Shown in pieces: positions 53,030 through 64,000 of a stretch of 64,000 bases of DNA (positions are counted from its first letter, which is position 1; each line of letters opens with the position of its first letter). The position numbers were made by a program, and so were the translations under genes. Origin of the DNA: Kudoa neothunni (taxonomy: Eukaryota; Animalia; Cnidaria); the NCBI GenBank assembly GCA_964304625.1, contig OZ199838.1, positions 1,839,927-1,903,926 of the forward strand. The letters are read 5' to 3'. The notes under the pieces were generated by a model, which ran no database searches, had not been told where the DNA came from, and saw only the letters and a program-made list of their open reading frames with translations.

Positions 53030-53400
53030 CTTTTAAAACTACCCTACCTAATTTCGATTCTATTTGTATGTACACCAATACCAAAAAACAAATATTTATG
53101 TCAAACTATATCGTGACAAAATCATACATTATTCAGACGATTGTAGCCCCTTTATTTTACTGCCCAGATTATAGGATTCTTTTCCAAATTATTAAGGACA
53201 ATTTTTTCATGAGCAGAACTGCCTCTTCTCTCGGAAATTTTGAAACACATTCATCTTACTCATCTACTGCACCAATAATTCAATATATTTCGCCTTTCGC
53301 CCCAGTTTCATTAATCAGGATAACGACATTTCTACTGCCAATTTTTTTACGTTCCTCCGTAATCTTCAACGTAAGAATACTTCTTAATAATTCAGTCCAA
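53030..53400 (-). mobile_element. Second Merlin/ISXO2 transposase relic
   Basis: KKIGSRNVVILINET, IIGAVD, K*RGYNRL...HDIV*HK...GVHTNRIE with multiple stops. Confidence 0.7.
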
Positions 53401-56349
53401 TCATTTATAGTTTTTGAAGAGAGAATTCCGATATTCTTTTGAATTTCATCGCAGACAACTATAATAAGGTGAATTTTTCGATTGCGACAGTTTAGAATGC
53501 CGATAAATAGAGCCAACTCGTAAATTTTGGTTTTTAAACAATAAAGATATCGGAAAAAAACAGATCTTGACAACTTTTATTGAATATAAGATCCATCACC
53601 GTCCCACATATTTATTTTTTTATATTGAAATCAGATTAAGATTCTGCAAAATTTTAATAGTATAAATTGTATTTATCATTAAAAATGCATAACTCATCAT
53701 ATTAATGGAATCATTATTTTTTAAATCAAAATTTCTCCCAACGTCTCCCATTTCCCAAATGTTCCACGACAGTTTCCAGCTGCTGCCCCGTTATGTAAAG
53801 AATATCCTTTGGAATTATCAATTTATCTGAAAATTGTCGCTCTTATGATTACCGACTTTATTGCAAATTTAGAGACGTGCTCGCACATATACAAAGAGTT
53901 CTACCAGACAGAAAATAAACATCAATTATATTGCACATGCCTAATTACTATTTGACACCAAAATTTGCGGATTGTAATGATAACGGTTAGACATTTTATT
54001 TTTTAATACATAAATTATTGATATACTACTTATTTTACAACAAAATAACAGAGAATATGTATAGACCTTCCAAATTGTATAGTTCATACTTTTAGCCATA
54101 ACTTTTATTCAATCCTTAATTATTTAGATTAATATTTTTAATATCTCAAAATAAAATGGAAGAATGATTTTAAACCATAATTTTAAAAAATTTAAAGATT
54201 TCTATGTAATAGAATCAATTTCAACATAAATTCGTAAATCTCTTAAATAAAATAACTATAATATCTGTATTTTGATATTTTTTTAGTTTATAAATAAACG
54301 GATATATTACAATATTCAAAATTTATTTTTATTTAACGAACATTGATGTTTTTTGCAGTTTGAGAAATATTGTATTGTGATATCGGTTAAACGTTACAAT
54401 ATTATTTCTTTTAAGAGAAGTACTCTACAAGATAATATGTAAATAATATATTTAAATATTTTAATTAACAAAGTATGAATAACCTATGTAAATTTTATTA
54501 AGTTAGAATAGCATTCAAAACTGTATTGTTTATAAATCTGGATGTATGAAATATTTCTCCGATATTAAATCATTAAGAAATTTGATAAAATTAATTATTA
54601 AAAATTATGTCAAAATGTATTCCAGCTAATAGCAGAGTATTTTATGCAAATTTATAACGTCTAATTTGACAAAAAAAATTTATTTGATAAACAAATTCTT
54701 CGCAGATAGTCTAAGTAGTTTTTATGAATGAATAAATAAATAAATCAGTTCCCGGCTTTTAAATAGAGTTACAATGATAGCTCATGAGTCTTGAGGATAC
54801 TATCCTTTTTCATAAAAGTTTTTCTTTACGCACATATTAGTTAAGAGATACAATTAACGAAGTATTTAAAGTGACCGAAAATTCCCCTTACTGTATTAAT
54901 AAATAATTTATTTACTGATTAAACATTAAAAGCTTATTTTATTAAGAAAGTTTAAAATTCTTGTTTCTACCTAAAAATTGATGAGCAAAATTAAGTAACT
55001 TCGCTGGAAAAGTCAATGAATGCATTCTTCTATATTTCATGAAGCTCGTAATGATCTAAACAAATCTTCCAATAAGAAAATACAAAACGAAATAAAGTTT
55101 CAAACCAATATCTGTCAAAATCTTAATTGGGAACCATCTTCTGATGATATGGACTCGCTTTTTACTAGCGTCACTGCTATCAAAATTATTCATCTTATTA
55201 GTACATATACCATAGTAACCTGAAACAACAAAATTTGTAGAAAAATAATTATAAGATTCGTTTAATTGTAAAATCTAAGATCGTATAATAGAATGGAGCT
55301 CGAGAGATGACTAGGAACCAAATTCTTTAAAACGGTTTCAATAAGTCGTTTATATTTAGAACAGTACAACGTACCTCTTGGCATTTTATGATCAAAACTT
55401 TTGACCTTGATCAAATTATTTCAACTTTTATAACAACCATACACTTTAAATTTTTTATATTTATTTCGCTGAGATTAGGTAAATATTCAGGTAGCGAAAA
55501 TGAGGAATTAGAAAAATTTTAAGACAGCATACCTATCCTCCGAATAACACAATTGAATAGAATGCATTAATATATAAAGATGAATAATATTTCGATATGT
55601 AAAATATTGTTTCAACATTTCAACTAAAAAAATGTGTTCAATGATATGGGGAAGGCTTCATATATTGGAATAAAATAATACTTACCTTTATATCATCATA
55701 ACATGGAAAAAATGAATGGATACATGCCAAAAAATTAGCAGCTTAACATACGCGACCAATCATTTGAAAGAAATGAATAAGTGCGAGAAAGTATATGATA
55801 TCACATACTAAATTTGGTTCGAGTGACAATCTAATTTTAAAATATATCGTTTTTATTGCGTAATATTATATGTTTTAAATGAAATCCTCAATATGGTTTA
55901 TTGTCAATCTTGTTTTGATAGAAAACTATTGTTACATTAATGGAACCCTCATTATTTATAGGGGTCTATTTTCTAGCATATTTTTCTTGTAGTTTTCAAC
56001 GATATAACAATTGAATATAAAAACTTTGGCGGTGATAGAGATATTTTTTGTGTTGTATAAATAACAAATAATTTATTGTTGTTTATTTTTTGGGGATATA
56101 GTTTTCTTGTGATACAGTGTGATTTTTCTGGCATCCGAAACAGTACATTAAATGTGAAAGATTATATCATTTACTCGCGTAACATGTTATTACATATGTA
56201 TTATTATTATTATACTTTCGTGAATTTGAAATTGATAATTCTATTGAATGAATGGTAACAATTGAATATTTAGTCAAACGGATCAATCTATTCATAGTTT
56301 TCTGTGTAAAATTAAAAATTTTAATCCTGATCAATTCATAGTAATTAAA

Positions 56350-59300
56350 ATGATGGTTATACCAATAAAGCTAAGATATCTCTCATCGATATATCTCCTT
56401 GTTTTTGCTTGTAACCATTTTTATGATTATTACTGTTAATCGAAATTAGTATCATGCGAAAAACATGCTCTTATCAACATTGATAATAACAGGATGAAAA
56501 TGCATTTTTCAAATGATAATAGCAAATATATTATTTCGCTTTCTGGATATTATATTGAAAACAGCCATAGACATTGTGCACTCCAGTATTATAACCATGA
56601 GGGAGCTTTAATGGAGAATGTATCTACATGCACTAAAGATATTGATGGTGCCACCTCGGATGCGACTAAAAAGATGTGCATTTACAAATGTAAAAAAGTC
56701 GAATTAAAGATTGAAAGAGAAGAATTAAAAAAAATTAAGATTATTAAGTGGTGTCAAGGGAAAGATGTCGAGGATGTAAAAAAATGCCCTACTAAAAAAG
56801 CATTCGCACTCGAAGGTATAGAAACTAAATCTGAGATTTTTTAACATTATTAATTAGATCTTTATATAAAAAGTTTATTGTCAGTGTCAAAGAATAATAA
56901 TGATTTTATTGCTTTAATTAGAAGTAAAGTAAACGGTGGATTTAAACTTAAGGACAGATCTATTGAAAAATATAACCAGGCAGCAACTACTGACTTTTAT
57001 ACTGAGAAGTCTGTTACACTGCACTCCAGGCCATATAAGGCTAAATATATTGTTGAATTTGAAAATCGTTCGCCGACAATATTATTGAATCCTAAAAAAC
57101 CTGATGAAGATTGGTTTATAGCGACGGGATCCAAAAGTACCAACTATTATACAATCACAATTCAAAATCCACAACCATCTCAATTATGCTACTTTGGAAT
57201 AAAACATATATATGATTCCCACTTTTCGTCTAATTGTTCAGATATGAATAAAGCGGGACCATGTCTTCGGCCATGTTACAAAGCAACATTGTTTCTCGAT
57301 GCTGAATTGGAGTTCGCCCAGGTACTTGTGAAACCCCACGAAATAATAACTTCCAAAGAATTTATACAAACTATCACATGTAAATTATACTTTATTTGTT
57401 GACTTTTATTGATTGTATAGTTGGTACTCTACAACCAAGTGTTACTAATATTAAAAAAGATCAAATCACTGTTGATTTCACTAATTTAAATAAAAATGAA
57501 GGTGGAAATGATGTTGAAAGTGGATCATCTATAGCTGAAGTCAAAATAATAGAGAAATTTCTTGGGGTTTCAAATATTTGGAAGACCTCTACATGCAATG
57601 GAGGATGTACAAACTTCGGGTCAATAACGATGACTTCGCTTATTCCAATGACAGAATACATTTTAAAAGTTAAAATAACTGGTCTTACAACATTTGATTC
57701 TCCAGAAGTAAAATATTACCATCGTTATGTTTATTTCAAAACTACAGGTAGCCGTAAATGCTTAACCATATTCTTATACGTTCAAATAGGGGATGCATTA
57801 TCAAAACGTGATCTTACACCTACTAACACCGCTGACAAAAATAATGAGTTAACATTAAATCCATCGAGTTTATTCGACCGTGGAAGTGAGGCCGCACATT
57901 GTGAACTTTATTATTCAGTGGACGGACAAGATTCTGTTAAATATCCTGCTACATGTAAAGTCGAAAATGAGAACAAATTTTGTTCTGGTTCTTGCGGTAG
58001 TGATTTCAATATAATTAATCTTGATCCAAAAACTAAATACAAAGTAACCGTTTGTCCCGAAAGTTACACATGTGTTTTAAGCAATGCTGCTGAAAGTAAT
58101 TTTTTATGCAATCACAATAATGATGAATATAAATAGCTAATGGAATCGATTATACAATGGATAAATCACAAGATGTTGATAAAAAAAAAACTACCATAAA
58201 ATTTACTCTTACAAGTGGCAGTTTCGGAGATTTATTGGCGTACATTCTCCTGGAAAAAGAATCAAAGAGAGTTGTTGTGGATTGTTTGAATAGTGTGTGT
58301 GATCCTACTGTAACGACTTCACCTGAAACCACTGCCACATTAGAATTTTTATGGGCTAAACTTAACACTGAATTTACTTACAAGCTAGTCGTTATCTACA
58401 AAGGTTATGCATTACCAAAGGAAACAGAAATAGAACGTAATTTTTATTAATGACATTCACTTTATTTCTTTAGGCGGTATTGAAAAAGGTGGTCAGGAAA
58501 TGAAACTATATTATAAAAAATCTGAAGGAAAATACAAAGTACAATTTAGTGGCGATCTCATAGAAAAGGGCGAAAAAGATTGTACTGTTAAAAAATCCAA
58601 TAATGAATTATCCGACTACGAGAATGCTAGTCAGAGCAGTGCTGAAAACAAAAAAAAATGCAACTTACTTTCAACAGAATTTGATATTGATATCACTAGC
58701 CAAAATAAACCTAACTACATTTCTGTCACTTATCCAGATTCTAAGGAGGTTCAAGTCCTGAATTCCCAGAAATCTGGTATTAATGGACCAATTTTTGCAC
58801 GATCGAGTTCTCCAGGTCCAACGTCAAATGGACAAGGAGGAGTTCAAGGTAAATCTGGGGGTGAAGACGGAGGAGAAAACGGTGAAAAAGATGAAAGTAA
58901 AGGAGATGTAAATAATGAGGGTAGAAAAGATGGTAAAACAGCACCAACCCCAGCCCCACAACCAAGAACTGAAACAAAACATTATAAATCCGGAAAAGTT
59001 TATTCATACTACATAGGTATTATCCAAATTATTGATAATTATAACATTTTTAAGATGATTATGAAGAAATATCATACTTAGCCAAATTAGAAGAAGATAA
59101 AATTAAACTGGGTTCACATAAGTGTGACTTATCGTGCAAAGCACATAAAGATGACCAACATCAGGGAACTATTTCTGAAACAAAAGATAATGCCGCATCA
59201 TGTGGATTTGGTAGTTATTCTATTCAATTCGATGAGCTTGTTAATGACTATTATATAAGCTGCCCCAAACATCTGGACTTTCATTATTTTTACGACAATA

Positions 59301-62300
59301 CGTTTATTAAAACATATGCACCAGTGTTTAGCAGATTTTATTACGAATTAGCTGATGTAAATGAATCCACGTTCACTGTTAAACTTGTCAATCCAGAGCC
59401 ATCTGAAATGTGTACATTTGAATGGATAGACGCCACAGCATCATCTTCTAATAACGTTTTTTCAAACCATTGCTCAAATAAGGAACACTGTTATTTCAGC
59501 ATATGTAATAGTTTTAAATTTGGAAATATTTCACCAAGTGTAAAAGCAATAAAAATACGAGTCCTAAAGTTAGGAATGCAACCCACTGTTGGTTACCAAA
59601 ATAATATATACATATGTAAGTTTGAAATATTTTTAATATATATATATAATGTGATTTTTAGTAAAACATGGTAATGATGCTTCTGTGAAAACAGAAGGAG
59701 AAAACATTAAAATAAACATTTCTAAAAATAATAAAAATGAAGCTGGTGACGCAGTTAGTGATCCACCTGTTACATGTTCTCTATCATCTTGGAACACATA
59801 TGCTCCATTGGTTTCTGAAAACGGAAGAAAAACAATAAATGGTTCACCAAATTGTGTTTTCGGGGATATACAAATTACTCCTGCTCCAACTCATTTGCCT
59901 AATGATATTATGGTAACAATGATAAATATTCCTGATTATTTACCACGAAAATATTTTTACCATAAAACAAGTATTGTAAGATTTTAAAATACATTATAAT
60001 ACTTTTATTAGGTCAAACCAATGACCTTCCCATTCAAGACACATCTATCACCGCTACTGATGTTGGATTCACAATCACTGCAACTACAAATGCCCCATCA
60101 TCAAACATGTGCACTATCTACATAAAAGAGAAAGATAAATTATATTATCCAGCTGTTTGTTCAAGAGATGAATTGTGTGTAAAATCATGCAACTCCGAAT
60201 TCACTGTCATTGGACTTAACTCGGGCACCACCTATGACATTAAAATTGTACCTAGTGGAAGCTATAGAATTGAAACCATAACCGACAAGAAAACAAGTCT
60301 AATTTTTTTATATATTGTATGAATAAGTGAAAAATAGATGGAAAAATGATTGAATTCGAAATTTCAAATGATTCTACTAGGAAACATCTTATTATTAAGC
60401 CTAAGTCTTTTAATGATGCCAGAACCGCAGACTGCTATTACCAGCTTTATAAGCATGAAACAGACGAAGGTAATAATAAAATATTGTTTTTATAAAATTC
60501 ATTTAGCTTCAACTACAAAAATTGTAAAATCATGTATCGGTTGTAGTACTAACGTTCCAAAATGCGACAATATTCGATTCGATAATATATATGATAATAA
60601 GTATAAGTACAGGTTAATGGTTTATGCACACCAAAAGTCAGCACCCTTTAAAATATCGATACCAAGTAGTTTATTAAAATATCTCGTTTGTCAAATTTTT
60701 ATAGGTTTTCCTCAAAGTGGAAAACTTAGTCAAAAATTTATACCATATAAGAATAATGAAGCTGAAAAGTTTTCAATTACACTTTCCGATTTCCCTCAGA
60801 ATAATAAGTGTGTAATAAAAATCTCAAGTTTTGATGAATCTCTAAAATTCAACAAACCACCATTTTGTACGGATATAGCTGGAGATGATTGCTTAGTGGA
60901 ATGCACCAAAAATGACCTTAAAGTCGCATATATTAATTCAAAAGTTGATCGATATATATTGGTTTGTTTTGGAAAGGAAGACGCAATTGCCAAACGTTGC
61001 GAGTACGTTCATATTTTCCCCATAATCATGAGTAATTAAATTATAATTATATTTATAACATTGAATAATAAAAATTAAAGAATTAAAATTTTGTATAATA
61101 TTTTTATAGATTTCAAACAAGATAACACATATGCAATATCTCACAATGATGGAAAAATTGTTGTCTCTTACAAATCAAACTCAATAACTGATTGGAATAT
61201 ACAATATGACGGAAAGGATGATGCTTATAGTGTCACAGAAAAGACCAACTTGAACGTGAAAGCTTATATTGATAATATAGAACAAAAATCCGCCTCTCTA
61301 TCAATTGATAGATACTTGAGTTATTATAAAATCGATTCAACACTTTTGTGGCCAGGAATATTCTATTACTTAAATAATACTTATTTGAATGTTAACATTC
61401 CCCTAAAATCTCAGATTATTTATTCTGTTTCAGGCATAGATACTGACAATAAGAAACTTAAAATTAAATTTTTTCCTGGGCCATATAACTTTGAGGTTTG
61501 TCATATCAAGGTATTTGGAGTAAATGATAAAGACCCAGATGACGAAAATACTGTCCTGAATGGATGTACCGATGAAAAAAAAGAGTGTTTTCAACTTTGT
61601 CAAGATGGTATTATTAATTTGACGACAGGCAATGAGAAGGTTGGAGTAACTGTAAAAAGAAGATTCGATACTGCTGGATTCAAGCAATACTTTAAAAGTA
61701 ATATTAGGTTAGTTTATAAAATAACATGAATTTTTAGGAGGTGATTCGGGTATTAGTTTAGGCGACATAACATCCACAGGTGTCATCCTTAGGGGGCTCA
61801 ACGTCTATAAAGATATGAAAAATGGGAGTGGTGATTCAATCTGTACCATTAAAGTATATCGAGCGAATACTCCTTCCACTGAAACAATTGCTAAATGCAG
61901 TAGCAGTAGCAGCGGCAGTAATGATTGTAACACTAGCTGCGATGCGACCTACTCTATCACAGATTTGACAGCTGGTACAAATTATGTAATTTCCGTATCG
62001 GTAACCAATATCGGATTTAATGAATATAAAAAGAAAGTGTCATTTCGAACATGTAAAAATCATTCTAATCATTGCATCATTCAAATTATATTTAGCTGAT
62101 GGTGAAGCATTAACCGAAATTATTTCATCTCCAACCATAAAGGCTGGCAATGCTACATTAACAGCATTTGCAACTCATAATTCTTTGCCAATCTGTAGAA
62201 TTTACCTTAAAAAGCATGGTTCTGATGAGCCTAAATATATGGCCACATGTGATGGACTGGGAGCTTGCGAGAATAAATGCGAGAGTGAATTCAAAATTAT

Positions 62301-63275
62301 CAACCTCGAATTAGGATCAACTTACAATGTAATTGTTGAACCATCTGAGGGGAAAAAAGAGAGGAAGTATAATGTTACAACAAGTATTTGAAATCCAAAA
62401 TGCTATGGTTGAGAACATTTTTTAGAGAATCTTGCTATTACTATTACGCATAAGTTGGGTGGAGGAAGTGATTTGGTAATTGAAGTAACATTCGAAGGTA
62501 AAGATGAAAATTCAAGGTGTCCGTTCTTCTTGCAGGAAAAAACAGACAACAATCAATCACGACCAACTGTTACATGGTGTAATGATGATGAAGATTGCTT
62601 GGCTAATAACTGTATTATCAACGTCAATGCATTGTCAAAGGATAAGGATTACATAATGAAACTAAAAGTGAAGGATCATTCACTATATAATGAACATACT
62701 ATTCCGTGTAAATAATTTATTTAAATATTGTAATCTTTATCATCTAATAATATAATTTATGAAGATTCGAGGATGATTCAGGCTACAGGGTAATAAAATT
62801 CTAATTATATAATATAATTGTAATTGTTTTTTAGTAAATTTCATCCAAGCCATATTAGATTAAAATATTTATAGAAGAAAATGTGAGGAGCGAGTATGCC
62901 AACATCGAGATAGAAGATATCGTTCAACAAGTAGTTAAAATAGTTGAGACAGGGTAAAAAATGTTTTTGTAATATTATCCATAATATATCATTTAGTAAA
63001 TTATAATAAAATCAATTTTACAATATAAATCCTCTAGATAGTAAGAATAAACAAAACTTTGAAGCCGAAAAGAATAGTCAATCGTAATTTTTATATAAAA
63101 TTCATAATTTAACATTAGATAGGTTTGTCAGAATTTACATGTAAAAACATAACTTTGAAGCTATATAAACTTTTTTAGATTATACGCAATGGTATCCGTC
63201 GTAGCTTCACTACTGTTGATTTTATTCGTAGTTATTTATAAGAAGAAATCTAAGGACTATTCTTATGAGCTATAA
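56350..63275 (+). CDS. Giant (~1,900-2,000 aa) type I membrane protein of tandem Cys-containing FN3-like modules
   Basis: Signal peptide MMVIPIKLRYLSSIYLLVFA; over 20 exons, mostly phase-1 module exons; repeated C-x-(I/L)-Y...C...C-x3-C...L-x-x-x-T-x-Y-x-V pattern; TM LYAMVSVVASLLLILFVVIY and tail KKKSKDYSYEL. Confidence 0.85.
62789..62874 (+). other. Candidate [D1,2] stwintron 1 (internal intron 62790-62834 splitting the donor G|TAAATT of an external intron ending at 62874)
   Basis: acag|G|gtaata...ttttag|TAAATT...atag|aa. Single canonical splices from the 62790 donor all run into stops; two-step removal restores the frame. Confidence 0.7.
62953..63037 (+). other. Candidate [D1,2] stwintron 2 (internal intron 62954-62996; external G62953 + 62997-63037)
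   Basis: acag|G|gtaaaa...atttag|TAAATT...ctctag|at; same context as the preceding junction. Confidence 0.6.
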
Positions 63276-64000
63276 AGAGAAGGATCCATTCAACGTATAT
63301 CACCTCAATTATTTAATATATTATTAAATAATAAAACAATTATTTATTATTTTTTACGAGTTGAAGTATGTAATTCTACATGATATTTTTCTCGTGACGT
63401 AATTAGTCCAGCTTCAGCGTAATTTTTTTCTTATGGTATAACATTTCTATTTTATTAATCTAAAATATTTGAATTGAATTGAATAATAGAATAAATTGAT
63501 GATTGATTCTTTGATAAAATGGACAATGTGTTGTACAAACTAATATTTGCGCTTTAATATAAAGGAAAGTCCATTTATTAATTTATATTTGTCAATATGT
63601 TTATTAAAGTATACAAAATAAATGCAGAATTCCACGTTTTAATATAATCGAAGGTATTTAAATATCTTAGAAGGAACCCTATTAATTTTAAGGTAAAGTA
63701 TAGATCACATTAGTATACATTGCGAATGAAATATAAACGTTATGGAGAAACCACGTAAATATATTTTGTGAACAATATAACATTTCTAACGGTATTTGAT
63801 GAATATCAAGATCCCGTAGACCATCTTCAACAATAACGATGCTTTTATGACGTTTTCCATGATATCATAATCCGGAAATATATTATTAAATTATTTGTTG
63901 TATGTTCTAATATATAGGGATTTTATAGACGACGATTAGGTACTGAATAGATCATCAATTTTGAATTTATCTATATCAATAAAGATATTGATCAACAAAT

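Noticed and set aside
55500-55750. Faint Tc1-like MIWG fragment
   Set aside because: Too degraded to support a call.
61356-61433. Possible GA-AG non-canonical intron in the surface-protein gene
   Set aside because: The frame reads through without stops, so no intron is needed.
1-64000. Prokaryotic systems (CRISPR array, operons), rRNA or tRNA genes, alternative genetic code
   Set aside because: No repeat-spacer array or RNA-gene signature seen; stops inside genes are explained by short spliceosomal introns under the standard code.

Overview
Strongly AT-rich eukaryotic nuclear DNA with very short GT-AG introns (mostly about 35-70 nt) and a few 0.4-2.3 kb introns. The gene and transposon content fits a reduced animal parasite such as a myxozoan cnidarian; this is an inference and cannot be proven from the window. 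Manually spliced genes: ORC1 (with an AT-hook), FDXR (with a mitochondrial-type presequence), ITPK1, UTP4, a plant-type secreted polyamine oxidase, WIPI2/ATG18, LCMT1, a divergent septin, an orphan type I membrane protein, and a ~1,900-2,000 aa surface protein built from Cys-containing FN3-like modules. Intergenic DNA and long introns hold decayed DNA transposons (hAT, piggyBac, IS630/Tc1, Tigger/pogo, Merlin/ISXO2) and MITEs. Main finding: near the 3' end of the giant surface-protein gene, the frame reaches the transmembrane exon only if an intron nested inside another intron's 5' splice site is removed first (G|GT...AG|TAAATT, a [D1,2] stwintron). This arrangement occurs twice in a row, and back-to-back micro-introns with 0-, 1- or 4-nt exons appear elsewhere. 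All exon models are by eye, with no RNA data.
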